Of a DNA stretch of 36,141 nt, positions 1 through 12,164 are shown one piece after another. The position numbers were made by a program, and so were the translations under genes. Position 1 is the stretch's first letter, and the number at the start of each line of letters is the position of its first letter. Below the pieces are notes generated by a model. The model ran no database searches and was not told the origin of the DNA. It worked only from the letters and a program-made list of their open reading frames with translations. The stretch lies in assembly GCA_937983495.1 (NCBI GenBank), contig CALKAA010000112.1:1-36141 (forward strand), given 5' to 3'. This DNA comes from an uncultured Gemmobacter sp. Lineage in GTDB: Bacteria > Pseudomonadota > Alphaproteobacteria > Rhodobacterales > Rhodobacteraceae.

Positions 1-77
1 GTGATCGCTAGCCCAGCGTTTTGGAGCAGGGCAAGTCGAGTCGGCGATGCAGACGCTAAAAGTAGGGTTCTGGACAT
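1..77 (-). CDS. maf: Maf family nucleoside triphosphate pyrophosphatase, 5' end only (runs off the window)
   Basis: The minus strand from the ATG at 77 reads MSRTLLLASASPTRLALLQNAGLAI, matching the Maf N-terminal LxLASxSPxR motif. It is not in the ORF track. The position, divergent from hemJ-rho, is typical. Confidence 0.85.
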   Translation of the reverse strand, partial: MSRTLLLASASPTRLALLQNAGLAI

Positions 78-460
78 GGGGGCGTACCTGTGGAAAATCC
101 CGCTTTGTTCCAACGATGGGCTTGCGGGAAAATGCTTGTGCCAAAGCAAGGGGCGGAGGTTAGCCCCAGTTGTCAAGAGAAGTGCAGATATTGTCCACTT
201 GTGAACGAAGCTTCTCGCCGCTTGGGGAAAACGAACCTGTCCACAGACAGCGAAAAACTGTTCAACATAGGATAGATCTGATCAAAATGACAATGAAACA
301 AGGCAAAACTGGATTTTTCGGCTCATCACAATGCAGACTTATCCCCTGATGATAGCCTGTGAACAAGATACCGGATAATCTTGCATTTCCAGTTATGCAC
401 CTGACTAACTACATCATTTCTTTCTTTTATCTTTTCTTTAAGAAGAGATGGAAAAGAACA
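78..460. other. Probable chromosomal replication origin (oriC)
   Basis: Intergenic gap of about 390 bp with DnaA-box-like 9-mers: 89-97(-) TTTTCCACA, 191-199 TTGTCCACT, 200-208(-) TCGTTCACA, 223-231(-) TTTTCCCCA, 237-245 CTGTCCACA, 259-267 TGTTCAACA, 339-347 TTATCCCCT, 358-366(-) TTGTTCACA, 393-401 TTATGCACC. An AT/pyrimidine-rich tract follows at 411-446. Adjacent to mnmE-mnmG-rsmG-parAB and the parS cluster. Confidence 0.75.
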
Positions 461-471
461 GGGAGGACACG

Positions 472-921
472 ATGGGTGATTTTCTGGCAGAGAGCTATGC
501 TTGGGTTAAGTTCCTCCATGTCATCTCGGTGATCAGTTGGATGGCTGGCTTGTTCTACCTTCCGCGATTGTTCGTGTATCATGCTGAAGCTGTTGCCCAA
601 GGTGACAAGACCGATGAGTTGTTTCAGGTCATGGAGCGGCGTTTGCTCCGGGCCATCATGAATCCAGCGATGATCGCAACCTGGCTTTTCGGGCTCATGC
701 TGGTTTTCACGCCTGGAATCGTGGATTGGAGCATGGTTTGGCCTTGGGTGAAAGCCGGGTCTGTTCTTGGAATGACTTTGTTTCACATGTGGCTCGCGGC
801 GCGGCGCAGGGATTTTGCAACGGCACGCAACAGCAGACCCGGCAGAACTTATCGGATGATGAACGAAGTCCCGACTGCACTGATGATTCTGATTGTCGCT
901 TCGGTGATCGTCAAATTCTGA
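472..921 (+). CDS. hemJ: Protoporphyrinogen oxidase HemJ (CopD family membrane protein)
   Basis: WVKFLHVISVISWMAGLFYLPRLFVYH and NEVPT motifs. GGAGG at 462-466 precedes the ATG at 472. Confidence 0.92.
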   Translation: MGDFLAESYAWVKFLHVISVISWMAGLFYLPRLFVYHAEAVAQGDKTDELFQVMERRLLRAIMNPAMIATWLFGLMLVFTPGIVDWSMVWPWVKAGSVLGMTLFHMWLAARRRDFATARNSRPGRTYRMMNEVPTALMILIVASVIVKF

Positions 922-926
922 TTTTG

Positions 927-955
927 TTGACTCGGCTCACCCGGGAGCTTAAGTG
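927..955 (+). promoter_or_regulatory. Putative sigma70 promoter of rho
   Basis: TTGACT (927-932)-17 bp-TAAGTG (950-955). The -35 overlaps a GANTC site (GACTC 929-933). Confidence 0.5.
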
Positions 956-1046
956 CACAGGTCAGGGCCGTCCGGTCCGATGACTTTCCCTATGACAGAA
1001 GATCCAGTTTCCTCGCTTGGGGGAACTATTGGATGAGCGGAATCCC

Positions 1047-2318
1047 ATGACTATCGAACGGCTGAACCTTTCTGATCTGAAAGCCAAGACCCCGGCAGAG
1101 TTGCTGGCCATGGCAGAGGAATGGGAGATCGAGAATGCGCCCTCCATGCGGAAGGGTGAGATGATGTTCTCGATTCTCAAGGAACATGCCGAAGAGGGAT
1201 GGGAAATTGGGGGTGACGGTGTTCTCGAAGTTTTGCAGGATGGTTTCGGGTTCCTTCGGAGCCCTGAGGCAAATTACCTACCAGGACCGGATGACATTTA
1301 TGTCAGCCCGGAGATGATCCGGGTGTTCAGCCTGCGGACGGGTGATACGATTTCAGGCGTCATTCAGGCTCCACGCGACAATGAGCGCTATTTCAGCCTT
1401 GTGAAGGCTGAGCGGATCAATTTTGACGATCCCGAGAAAGCCAAGCACAAGGTTCATTTCGACAATCTGACGCCGCTTTACCCGGATGAGCGGCTGAAAA
1501 TGGAGATCGAAGACCCTACGATCAAGGATCGTTCGGCGCGGATCATTGATCTGGTGGCCCCGATTGGTAAAGGCCAACGGGCCTTGATCGTGGCTCCGCC
1601 GCGCACGGGTAAAACCGTTCTGTTGCAGAATATTGCTCGGTCCATCGAAGTGAATCATCCGGAGTGCTACCTGATTGTGCTGCTGATTGACGAGCGGCCT
1701 GAGGAAGTCACGGATATGCAGCGCTCTGTGAAGGGTGAGGTTGTGTCGTCAACCTTTGACGAACCTGCAACGCGTCACGTAGCAGTGGCTGAAATGGTCA
1801 TCGAAAAGGCCAAGCGTCTGGTCGAACATAAGCGGGATGTTGTCATCCTGCTGGACTCGATTACGCGACTCGGGCGTGCGTTCAACACTGTGGTGCCGTC
1901 GAGCGGTAAAGTGTTGACTGGCGGTGTTGATGCGAATGCACTGCAGCGGCCGAAGCGCTTCTTCGGTGCTGCACGCAATATCGAGGAGGGTGGCAGTCTC
2001 ACCATCATTGCGACTGCGCTCATTGATACTGGCAGCCGGATGGACGAAGTGATCTTTGAAGAATTCAAAGGCACTGGTAACAGCGAGATCGTTCTTGACC
2101 GCAAGGTTGCTGACAAGCGTGTCTTCCCAGCCATGGATATTCTCAAGTCCGGGACCCGCAAGGAAGATCTTTTGGTTGAAAAGGCAGACCTTCAGAAGAC
2201 CTATGTCTTGCGGCGCATCCTCAACCCGATGGGCACGACAGATGCGATCGAGTTCCTGATTGGCAAGCTGAAGCAAACCAAATCAAATTCCGAGTTCTTT
2301 GATTCGATGAATACCTGA
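1047..2318 (+). CDS. rho: Transcription termination factor Rho
   Basis: [25 protein letters not shown] and EEFKGTGN motifs. The ATG at 1047 is preferred over the TTG at 1017. Confidence 0.98.
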   Translation: MTIERLNLSDLKAKTPAELLAMAEEWEIENAPSMRKGEMMFSILKEHAEEGWEIGGDGVLEVLQDGFGFLRSPEANYLPGPDDIYVSPEMIRVFSLRTGDTISGVIQAPRDNERYFSLVKAERINFDDPEKAKHKVHFDNLTPLYPDERLKMEIEDPTIKDRSARIIDLVAPIGKGQRALIVAPPRTGKTVLLQNIARSIEVNHPECYLIVLLIDERPEEVTDMQRSVKGEVVSSTFDEPATRHVAVAEMVIEKAKRLVEHKRDVVILLDSITRLGRAFNTVVPSSGKVLTGGVDANALQRPKRFFGAARNIEEGGSLTIIATALIDTGSRMDEVIFEEFKGTGNSEIVLDRKVADKRVFPAMDILKSGTRKEDLLVEKADLQKTYVLRRILNPMGTTDAIEFLIGKLKQTKSNSEFFDSMNT

Positions 2319-2334
2319 CCTTCGGGAGGGTTGC

Positions 2335-3627
2335 ATGGATACGATCTATGCCCTTGCTTCGGCGCGAGGCCGTGCGGGTGTTGCCGTCATTCGATTGTCT
2401 GGCTCGAATGCTCATCGCATTATTGGCATGCTGACCAGCAAACCCTTGCCGTTGGTACGAAAAGCAACGCTCCGTCAGATTATTTGGCAAGATGAGATAC
2501 TTGATGAGGCTTTGATTCTGCTCTTTGGAGCGGGGCACAGTTTTACGGGCGAAGCTGTTGCCGAAATTCAGGTGCATGGGTCTTCTGCTGTCGTCACAGC
2601 GGTGTTGCGCGCCCTTTCAGAAACCGGATTGGCACGGCTTGCAGAGCCAGGGGAGTTCACCCGGCGCGCTTTGGACAATGGCAGGCTCGATCTTGCTCAG
2701 GTCGAAGGCCTTGCCGATTTGATTGATGCTGAAACCGAGGCGCAACGTAAACAGGCGTTACGGGTATTTTCAGGTGAAATTGGGCGCAGGATCGATGGGT
2801 GGCGTCCAAGGATGTTACGTTCTGCCGCACTGATGGAAGCTGTGATCGACTTTGTGGATGAAGATGTGCCTGTCGATGTGACACCAGAAGTGAAAGACTT
2901 GCTTGGTCAGCTCGTTCAGGAGCTTCGGCAGGAACTGGCTGGGGCACCCGTGTCCGAAAGGATTCGTGATGGTTTTGAAGTTGCCATCCTTGGGGCTCCA
3001 AATGTTGGAAAATCCACACTTTTGAATGCTCTGGCTGGTAGGGAAGCGGCGATTACATCAGAAATTGCCGGGACAACACGGGATGTCATTGAGGTTCGCC
3101 TTGATTTGGCTGGGTTGCCTGTTACCCTTCTCGATACAGCCGGAATGCGCGAAACAGAGGATCGCATCGAAGCAATCGGCATTGAGCGTGCACTGAAACG
3201 GGGCACGAATGCAGATTTGCGCGTGATTATTCTGTCGTCCCCTGATGAACCTTTGCCGATCAGCATCGAGGCAGATGATATTGTTGTCATTGGTAAGTCT
3301 GACCAGCAGCGCTATGATGGTGCGCGGATGATTTCTGCGCGGACAGGCGATGGCATTGATGCCTTGATCGATGACATTGCACGAATCCTTTCTCAGCGGG
3401 CTGCAGGTTCTGGCAGCTTGATTCGTGAACGCCAGAGATTGGCAGTTGAACAAGCGGTTGAGGCTTTGGATTCTGCTCTGCATGAGCTAGGAAATGGCCT
3501 CGAGAGAATCGAGTTGGCAGCGGAAGATGTGCGTCGTGCATCCCGTGCGCTGGATAAGCTGATCGGGCGTATCGGAGTGGAAGATGTCTTGGGCGAAATA
3601 TTCGCGTCCTTCTGCATCGGAAAGTGA
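2335..3627 (+). CDS. mnmE: tRNA modification GTPase MnmE (TrmE)
   Basis: MDTIYALAS start, [17 protein letters not shown] and the C-terminal FCIGK. Confidence 0.98.
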   Translation: MDTIYALASARGRAGVAVIRLSGSNAHRIIGMLTSKPLPLVRKATLRQIIWQDEILDEALILLFGAGHSFTGEAVAEIQVHGSSAVVTAVLRALSETGLARLAEPGEFTRRALDNGRLDLAQVEGLADLIDAETEAQRKQALRVFSGEIGRRIDGWRPRMLRSAALMEAVIDFVDEDVPVDVTPEVKDLLGQLVQELRQELAGAPVSERIRDGFEVAILGAPNVGKSTLLNALAGREAAITSEIAGTTRDVIEVRLDLAGLPVTLLDTAGMRETEDRIEAIGIERALKRGTNADLRVIILSSPDEPLPISIEADDIVVIGKSDQQRYDGARMISARTGDGIDALIDDIARILSQRAAGSGSLIRERQRLAVEQAVEALDSALHELGNGLERIELAAEDVRRASRALDKLIGRIGVEDVLGEIFASFCIGK

Positions 3628-3639
3628 GGAGTGTTTCAC

Positions 3640-5498
<1,859 letters not shown>

Positions 5499-5502
<4 letters not shown>

Positions 5503-6119
5503 CTTCTGTACATGATTTCGCGGACATGGATGTTTCACGTGAAACATTGGACCGCCTTTCACATTATGTGGGCCTGATTCAAAAATGGAATCAAGCCATC
5601 AACCTCGTGTCGAAGTCGACGATCCCACAAATCTGGAATCGTCACATTGCCGACTCGTTACAGCTTGCATCATATCTTGATGAAACGCAGTCAAAATGGG
5701 CTGATCTAGGATCTGGCGGCGGCCTTCCAGGTCTTGTCGTCGCTATCGTAGCGAAAGAGCGCTATCCGAATCTGAATTTTGATCTTGTTGAAATTGATCA
5801 GAGAAAGTCGGTCTTCTTGCGGCAGGTCGCGCAAGATCTTGATCTGCGTGTGAAAGTGCACACAACCAAGATTGAAGACACTTCGCCGCTGAACGCCAGT
5901 GTCATCAGTGCAAGAGCCTTGGCCCCACTGTCTGTGCTTTGCGACTATGCGCGGCGTCATTTGGACCCGGAAGGATTTTGTCTGTTCCCAAAGGGGGCGC
6001 AGTCAGATGCCGAGGTTGCCGAAGCTAGAAAGCTCTGGTCCTTTTCACTGGAACAGGCAAAAAGCAAGACAGAGCCGCAAGCGAAGCTGCTGATCCTTCG
6101 AGCTATAGAACATGTCTGA
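5499..6119 (+). CDS. rsmG: 16S rRNA m7G527 methyltransferase RsmG (GidB)
   Basis: [25 protein letters not shown] and ARA motifs. The TTG start overlaps the mnmG stop; ATG 5526 is an alternative. Confidence 0.95.
5531..5546. promoter_or_regulatory. parS site 2
   Basis: Perfect TGTTTCACGTGAAACA inside rsmG, encoding VSRET. Confidence 0.95.
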
Positions 6120-6936
6120 TCCAACCCGCCCCCCACTTCCTAAAATCATTGCCATTACCAACCAGAAGGGCGGAGTAGGCAAAACGACGACGGCCATAAA
6201 TCTGGCTGCTGGTTTTGCTGAACTCGGTGCGCGCGTTCTCCTTGTCGATCTTGACCCGCAAGGAAATGCTTCAACGGGTCTAGGAATTGATCTGCCCCAA
6301 CGTCAGGTCACTAGCTACGATGTCTTGCTTGAAGACATGCCGATTGATCAGGCGATACAGGAAACCGCCATTCCGAATCTCTGGATATGTCCGGCTAATG
6401 CCGACCTTGCGAGCGCAGACATAGAGCTTGTCTCAAATGAAAAGCGTAGCTTCCTATTGCATGATGCATTGCGCGATCGTTGCGTGGATCATCTGAAGCT
6501 GGACTATGTTCTGCTCGATTGCCCGCCATCCCTGAGCCTGCTGACCGTGAACGCACTATGTGCGGCACATTCCGTTCTGATTCCCTTGCAGGCTGAGTTT
6601 TTTGCCCTGGAAGGTTTATCGCAACTGATGTTGACGATTCGGACCGTTCGTGAAAACGCCAATCCAGAACTCAGGATCGAAGGTGTAGTGCTCACGATGT
6701 ATGATGGTCGCAACAACCTGTCGCAGCAGGTTGAATCGGATGTTCGCGCTACGCTGGGCAAGCTGGTGTTTGATACCTTGATTCCTCGAAATGTCAGGGT
6801 GAGCGAGGCACCATCCTATGCCTTGCCGGTGCTGAACTATGATACAGCGTCGAAAGGTAGCGAGGCATACCGTGCATTGGCACTTGAAATAGCCTCGCGC
6901 AATGGCTTCAGATCACAGTCCGGCGAAAGGGTTTGA
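6112..6936 (+). CDS. parA: Chromosome partitioning ATPase ParA (Soj)
   Basis: [26 protein letters not shown] and EAPS motifs. Confidence 0.97.
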   Translation: MSDPTRPPLPKIIAITNQKGGVGKTTTAINLAAGFAELGARVLLVDLDPQGNASTGLGIDLPQRQVTSYDVLLEDMPIDQAIQETAIPNLWICPANADLASADIELVSNEKRSFLLHDALRDRCVDHLKLDYVLLDCPPSLSLLTVNALCAAHSVLIPLQAEFFALEGLSQLMLTIRTVRENANPELRIEGVVLTMYDGRNNLSQQVESDVRATLGKLVFDTLIPRNVRVSEAPSYALPVLNYDTASKGSEAYRALALEIASRNGFRSQSGERV

Positions 6937-6937
6937 T

Positions 6938-7873
6938 ATGGAACGCAAGACGGAACGTCGAGGCTTGGGGCGTGGTCTGTCTGCCTTGATGGCTGACATC
7001 AATGTTTTGCCGTCTCAATCTGCTGGCCAACCTGAGAATGGTGCGGAACGGCAGATTGAGGTGATTCCAGTAGAATATCTTCATCCGAATCCAAACCAGC
7101 CCAGAAGGCAATTCAGTGACGCTGAGTTGCAGGATCTGGCAGCTTCGATTCGTGAAAAAGGGGTTTTGCAGCCGTTGATCGTACGGCCGTTTACCGATCG
7201 CCCTGGCCATTTCGAGATTGTTGCTGGTGAGCGACGTTGGCGTGCATCCCAGATCGCACAGCTTCACGAAGTTCCGGTTCTGGTTCGTCTACTGGATGAT
7301 ACCGAGGTTCTGGAAGTTGCGATCATCGAAAATATTCAGCGTGCGAACCTGAATCCCATCGAGGAGGCGATGGCCTTTCGCCAGTTGATGGAGAGGTTTG
7401 GCCACACTCAGGAACGTTTGGCAGAGGCTCTGTCGAAAAGCCGCAGCTATATTGCCAACTTGCTCAGGCTGCTCAATCTTCCGCGGGATGTTCAAGATCT
7501 CGTGGTGAATGACAAGATTTCTGCGGGCCATGCGCGCGCGCTCATCACTGCAACAGATCCGCTGTCTTTGGCCCAGCAGGTTGTTGCCAAAGGTCTCTCT
7601 GTACGTGAAACGGAAGATCTGGTTCGCACGACGTCAGGCAAACTCACCGCGAAGAAGGGCAGCACACAAGGGGCGCGTTCTGCTCGATCAGATGAAACTG
7701 ATGCGGATACACTGGCGCTGCAACGTGACCTTTCTGCCAATCTTGGCATGGGTGTGAGCATTCAACATGAAGCCATGAGCGAACGCGGCGTCTTGACCAT
7801 CCGCTATAATACTCTGGATGATCTGGATTTTCTTTGCCAAGCACTTTCTCTGGCGAAGCGCGACATGGTTTGA
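6938..7873 (+). CDS. parB: Chromosome partitioning protein ParB
   Basis: GLGRGLSAL N-terminal peptide, NPNQPR, AGERRWRA CTP box and ENIQR. The start ATG 6938 follows the parA stop. Confidence 0.97.
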   Translation: MERKTERRGLGRGLSALMADINVLPSQSAGQPENGAERQIEVIPVEYLHPNPNQPRRQFSDAELQDLAASIREKGVLQPLIVRPFTDRPGHFEIVAGERRWRASQIAQLHEVPVLVRLLDDTEVLEVAIIENIQRANLNPIEEAMAFRQLMERFGHTQERLAEALSKSRSYIANLLRLLNLPRDVQDLVVNDKISAGHARALITATDPLSLAQQVVAKGLSVRETEDLVRTTSGKLTAKKGSTQGARSARSDETDADTLALQRDLSANLGMGVSIQHEAMSERGVLTIRYNTLDDLDFLCQALSLAKRDMV

Positions 7874-7874
7874 G

Positions 7875-9050
7875 CTAGAGCGCAGATATCAGACGTAGCA
7901 GGATCGCATTCAGCAGCGGTCGGCCCTTGGCTGTCGCTGCCATGATGTCGCCGTCAATCTCTACCATCCCAATATCGAGCAATTCATGAATAGCATCTTC
8001 GGGCAGTTCGCGGCCGGCATGGATTTCAAATCTCGAAAGAGAGATACCCTGATTTAGCCGAAGTCCCATGAGAAGAAATTCGGTTGCCAGTTCACTTGTG
8101 CCCAGCACGGTGCGTTGATCGTTGACGCTTCCATGTAGTGCCTGCTGCAACCAGATGTTGGGCGAATTCGGTGCAGCGGTTGAATGCCTTTGTGCACCGA
8201 GCGTCAACCGACCATGAGCACCAGGGCCGATCCCGGCATAATCGCCTGAGCCCCAGTAGATCATGTTATGGCGAGATTCTGCTCCTGATGCGGCATGGTT
8301 TGAAACTTCATAAGCGGGTATGCCGGCTGCGCGTGTCATGTCTTGAGTCAATTCATAGAAGTCAGCACCCAAGTCATCATCCGGCAAGCCTAGCAATTGC
8401 CCCTTCCGATGTCTTTCGCCAAAAACTGTCCCATCTTCGACGGTCAATTGGTAAAGTGACATGTGGTTGCTGCCAAAGCCTAACGCTTCGGCCAGTTCCG
8501 CTTGCCACTCGTCAAGTGTTTGAAACTGTCTTGCATAGATCAAATCGAAGGAGTAGCGCGCGAAAGTCGAAGCTGTCAGCTCTAGCGCTTTCCTTGCCTC
8601 GGCACCGCTATGCATGCGCCCCAGCCTGCGCAGGTCCATGTCATTCAGAGCTTGAATCCCAAGAGAGACACGATTGATTCCGGCATCTTTGAAGGCGCGC
8701 AATCTTGCGGCTTCGACAGATGTTGGATTGGCCTCAAGGGTGATCTCGAGATCGTTCTTTAAGCGCCAGGATTTCTGAATCTTGTCAAGAATGGCCGCAG
8801 TTGTTTGCGGAGGCATCAAGGATGGCGTTCCACCGCCAAAGTAAATGGTGCTGAGAACTCTGTCTCCAGTCAAAACTGCCATGCGCTCGATCTCATTGAG
8901 ATAGGCCGTGCGCCAAGCGTTCTGATCTATCTGTGTGCTGACATGGCTGTTGAAATCGCAATACGGACACTTGGATTGGCAAAATGGCCAATGGATATAG
9001 AGACCAAAGCCTGCAATCTGCCAATCTTGTTCCAGTGATGGTTCAGCCAT
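7875..9050 (-). CDS. hemW: Radical SAM heme chaperone HemW
   Basis: LYIHWPFCQSKCPYCDFN, YFGGGTPS, EANP and HNMIYW motifs. Lies downstream of rdgB. Confidence 0.93.
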   Translation of the reverse strand: MAEPSLEQDWQIAGFGLYIHWPFCQSKCPYCDFNSHVSTQIDQNAWRTAYLNEIERMAVLTGDRVLSTIYFGGGTPSLMPPQTTAAILDKIQKSWRLKNDLEITLEANPTSVEAARLRAFKDAGINRVSLGIQALNDMDLRRLGRMHSGAEARKALELTASTFARYSFDLIYARQFQTLDEWQAELAEALGFGSNHMSLYQLTVEDGTVFGERHRKGQLLGLPDDDLGADFYELTQDMTRAAGIPAYEVSNHAASGAESRHNMIYWGSGDYAGIGPGAHGRLTLGAQRHSTAAPNSPNIWLQQALHGSVNDQRTVLGTSELATEFLLMGLRLNQGISLSRFEIHAGRELPEDAIHELLDIGMVEIDGDIMAATAKGRPLLNAILLRLISAL

Positions 9051-9064
9051 ATCAGTACGCCCGA

Positions 9065-9080
9065 TGTTTCACGTGAAACA
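9065..9080. promoter_or_regulatory. parS site 3
   Basis: Perfect TGTTTCACGTGAAACA containing the rdgB stop codon (C-F-T-stop on the minus strand). Confidence 0.95.
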
Positions 9081-9680
9081 ACCTGCTACCAGCTTGCGGA
9101 AGGCATCGGCACGATGGCTGATCTCGTTCTTCTTCCAGCGATCCATTTCGCCAAATGTCACTGTATAGCCATCCGGCTGAAAGATCGGATCATAGCCATG
9201 TCCCTGATCGCCACGCCCGGGCCAAACCACCTGGCCGGGCATGATGCCGGGAAACACCTCATCATGACCATCGGGCCAAGCGAGCACTAGGGTGCAGCAA
9301 AAAGTGGCTCGCCGCGGGTAGGGTGCACGAACGGCTTCAAGTTCCGACCAGGCTCGTGCCATGGCCATGTCAAAGTCGCGTCCAGAAGGAGTTTCGGCCC
9401 AATCCGCTGTATAGACACCAGGGGCGCCACCGAGCGCGTCAATCATGATCCCGGAATCATCAGCCAATGCGGGCAATCCGGTAGCTTGGGCCGCGGTGTG
9501 CGCTTTGATGCGGGCGTTTCCCACGAAACTGGCTTCGGTTTCCGCAGGCTCAGGCAACCCCAACTGACCGGCCGACGAAACAGCAATTCCATATGGCAAA
9601 AGAAGCTGTTGAATCTCGTCCAGCTTGCCCACATTATGCGTGGCCACCAAAAGCTGCTTTTCAGTAAATTTACGCGCCAC
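9069..9680 (-). CDS. rdgB: Non-canonical purine NTP pyrophosphatase RdgB/HAM1
   Basis: [25 protein letters not shown] and SHR motifs. The GTG start at 9680 overlaps the end of rph. Confidence 0.95.
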   Translation of the reverse strand: MARKFTEKQLLVATHNVGKLDEIQQLLLPYGIAVSSAGQLGLPEPAETEASFVGNARIKAHTAAQATGLPALADDSGIMIDALGGAPGVYTADWAETPSGRDFDMAMARAWSELEAVRAPYPRRATFCCTLVLAWPDGHDEVFPGIMPGQVVWPGRGDQGHGYDPIFQPDGYTVTFGEMDRWKKNEISHRADAFRKLVAGCFT

Positions 9681-10392
9681 GACCTGTCGCCTGTTTTTGT
9701 GCTTCGACCAAGGCTGCATTCCCGATATCGGCCAGATCCAGAAGTTGAAGCATTTCAGGGCGCGAAAATGTTGCCCCCTCGGCAGACATTTGAACTTCGA
9801 TCAATCGGCCAGAACCCGTCAAGACGAAGTTGCCATCAGTTCCCGCGGCGGAATCCTCAGCGTAGTCCAGGTCAAGCACTGGCTGTCCGGCATAGATGCC
9901 ACATGAGACCGCAACAACATGGTCGATAATCGGATCAGATGAAATGACACCAGCTTTCAAAAGCCTGTCAACTGCAAGACGAAGCGCCACCCATCCTCCA
10001 GTGATAGAAGCGCAGCGTGTTCCGCCATCAGCCTGGATCACATCGCAATCAATCACAATCTGGCGCTCACCGAGTGCAGAGCGATCAACACCTGCTCGCA
10101 GCGCTCTGCCGATGAGCCGTTGAATTTCTTGTGTTCGACCGCCTTGCTTGCCAAGCGCCGCTTCGCGACGTGTGCGGCTATGCGTTGCTCGGGGGAGCAT
10201 CCCATATTCCGCAGTTACCCAGCCAAGACCGCTATTCTTCAGGAACGGCGGTGGCTTGTCTTCAATTGTCGCCGTACATAGCACATGCGTATCGCCCATG
10301 CGGATGAGACAAGAACCCTCCGCGTGCTTTGTCACATTCACATCAATGCTGACGGGCCGCAACTGATCAAGCTTTCTTCCAGACGGGCGCAT
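9670..10392 (-). CDS. rph: Ribonuclease PH
   Basis: MRPSGR start at 10392, [27 protein letters not shown] and LDLDYAED motifs. Confidence 0.97.
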   Translation of the reverse strand: MRPSGRKLDQLRPVSIDVNVTKHAEGSCLIRMGDTHVLCTATIEDKPPPFLKNSGLGWVTAEYGMLPRATHSRTRREAALGKQGGRTQEIQRLIGRALRAGVDRSALGERQIVIDCDVIQADGGTRCASITGGWVALRLAVDRLLKAGVISSDPIIDHVVAVSCGIYAGQPVLDLDYAEDSAAGTDGNFVLTGSGRLIEVQMSAEGATFSRPEMLQLLDLADIGNAALVEAQKQATGRGA

Positions 10393-10456
10393 GTGGATAT
10401 CCTTGTGCACAAACTGCTGCCAGATACCCCTCGCAGCATCAGAAGTGCAACCATTA

Positions 10457-10483
10457 TTGACGCTGCGCCTGCAAGCGCCATAT
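10457..10483 (+). promoter_or_regulatory. Putative RpoH (sigma32) promoter of hrcA-grpE
   Basis: TTG-N18-CCATAT ending 27 bp before the hrcA ATG. This matches the alphaproteobacterial RpoH pattern and the heat-shock function of the genes. Confidence 0.6.
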
Positions 10484-10510
10484 TTGAAAAGAAGTTTGAA
10501 GATCACAACC

Positions 10511-11584
10511 ATGCCAGAAACATCGCGCATCTTAACGGACCTGAATGCCCGCTCACGCGAAGTCTTTCGACGTGTGGTGGAAGGATATCTCGCCTCCGGC
10601 GATCCCGTCGGATCACGCAGCCTGACCCGCGACTTTTCCGAAAAGATCAGTGCGGCCACTATCCGCAATGTCATGCAGGATTTGGAATTCCTGGGCCTGT
10701 TGGACAGCCCTCATATCTCGGCAGGTCGTATTCCCACGCAACTTGGTCTTCGCATGTTTGTTGATGGTCTCCTTGAGGTGGGTACTGTCGCATCTGCGGA
10801 TCGCGAGGCTATAGATGCCTCTTTAGGCGATAACGCACCGGATGTGTCTGTGCTTCTTGATAAGATTGGCAGCACCTTGTCAGGGATTACGGGAAGCGCT
10901 TCGATTGTGCTTGCTCCGAAACATGAAGAGGCACCCATTCGGCATATCGAATTTGTCAGCCTTGGCCCGGATCGTGCCTTGGTTGTTCTGGTCTTTTCGG
11001 ATGGCCATGTCGAGAATCGGCTTTTCAGTCCCCCTGCGGGTTTGACACCATCCGCCATGCGTGAGGCCGCAAATTTTCTCAATGCCGTTACCGAAGGCCG
11101 CACATTAAGCGATCTTCGTGGCACGATCCGGGAAGAAATTGATCGGCGCCGCCAAGAGATCGATTCACTTGCCCGTGTCTTGGTCGAAAATGGTCTGGCA
11201 CTTTGGGAAAATGCCGGTGAGGCAAGCGAGCGCTTGATTGTGCGTGGTCGGGCCAATCTTCTGGAGGGGACGGGTGAGGAAGCAGATCTGATCCGTATTC
11301 GCCACCTGTTCGATGATCTGGAGCGGAGCAAAGATATCGCTGACTTTCTGGATCTGACTGAGCAAGGCGATGGTGTCCGCATTTTTATTGGCTCAGAGAA
11401 CAAACTCTTTTCACTTTCTGGTTCCTCTCTGGTGGTCTCTCCCTATATGAACGCGGATCGAAAGATCATTGGTGCCGTTGGTGTGATCGGTCCGACTCGC
11501 CTCAATTATGGGCGTATCGTCCCGATCGTGGATTACACGGCTCAGTTGGTCGGCCGTATGGTCTCTGGTCGCAGCCGGGGATAA
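10511..11584 (+). CDS. hrcA: Heat-inducible transcription repressor HrcA
   Basis: [33 protein letters not shown] and GPTRLNY motifs. Start ATG 10511. Confidence 0.96.
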   Translation: MPETSRILTDLNARSREVFRRVVEGYLASGDPVGSRSLTRDFSEKISAATIRNVMQDLEFLGLLDSPHISAGRIPTQLGLRMFVDGLLEVGTVASADREAIDASLGDNAPDVSVLLDKIGSTLSGITGSASIVLAPKHEEAPIRHIEFVSLGPDRALVVLVFSDGHVENRLFSPPAGLTPSAMREAANFLNAVTEGRTLSDLRGTIREEIDRRRQEIDSLARVLVENGLALWENAGEASERLIVRGRANLLEGTGEEADLIRIRHLFDDLERSKDIADFLDLTEQGDGVRIFIGSENKLFSLSGSSLVVSPYMNADRKIIGAVGVIGPTRLNYGRIVPIVDYTAQLVGRMVSGRSRG

Positions 11585-11603
11585 GAGAAGGAAGGAAACA
11601 GGT

Positions 11604-12131
11604 ATGCCGCAGGACAAGGCAGACGACAGTAATGTCGACATCTATGAGGAGTTCATCGAGGCGGATGAGCTTGATGCCCTCCGCAGCGAACGCGACGAGC
11701 TGCGGGACAAGTTCATGCGCGCCTTGGCTGATGCAGAGAATGCACGCAAGCGGGGCGAGCGTGATCGGCGTGAGGCGGAGCAATATGGCGGATCAAAACT
11801 CGCGCGCGACATGCTGCCCGTCTACGACAATCTCCGTCGTGCTCTTGACGCGGTGACAGATGAAAATCGCGCGCAATCTGCCGCGCTCATTGAGGGTGTC
11901 GAACTGACGCTTCGTGAGCTGCAATCTGTTCTCGGCAAGCATGGGGTGACGGTTGTTGCGCCTTCCGTTGGCGATCTGTTCGACCCGCAGCAGCATCAGG
12001 CGATGTTCGAGGCGCCGGTGCCTGGCACCAAAGCCGGTCATATCATTCAGGTTATGACCGAGGGCTTCATGATCCATGATCGCCTGCTGCGCCCGGCGCA
12101 GGTTGGTGTGAGCTCAAACACCGCCGGTTAA
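11604..12131 (+). CDS. grpE: Nucleotide exchange factor GrpE
   Basis: RALADAENARKR, FDPQQHQAM and RLLRPAQV motifs. AAGGA precedes the ATG at 11604. Confidence 0.96.
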   Translation: MPQDKADDSNVDIYEEFIEADELDALRSERDELRDKFMRALADAENARKRGERDRREAEQYGGSKLARDMLPVYDNLRRALDAVTDENRAQSAALIEGVELTLRELQSVLGKHGVTVVAPSVGDLFDPQQHQAMFEAPVPGTKAGHIIQVMTEGFMIHDRLLRPAQVGVSSNTAG

Positions 12132-12139
12132 GGCCACGA

Positions 12140-12155
12140 TGTTTCACGTGAAACA
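12140..12155. promoter_or_regulatory. parS site 4
   Basis: Perfect TGTTTCACGTGAAACA in the 33-bp gap between the convergent grpE and mutS genes. Confidence 0.95.
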
Positions 12156-12164
12156 GGGCGCTGG

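Noticed and set aside
1-275. Plus-strand ORFs 1..204 and 90..275
   Set aside because: They overlap the maf start on the other strand and the DnaA-box region, and lack coding features.
779-794. parS half-site TGTTTCAC in hemJ
   Set aside because: The second half (ATGTGGCT) does not match, so it is not palindromic.
10393-10510. CIRCE element expected near hrcA
   Set aside because: No TTAGCACTC-N9-GAGTGCTAA-like sequence is present.
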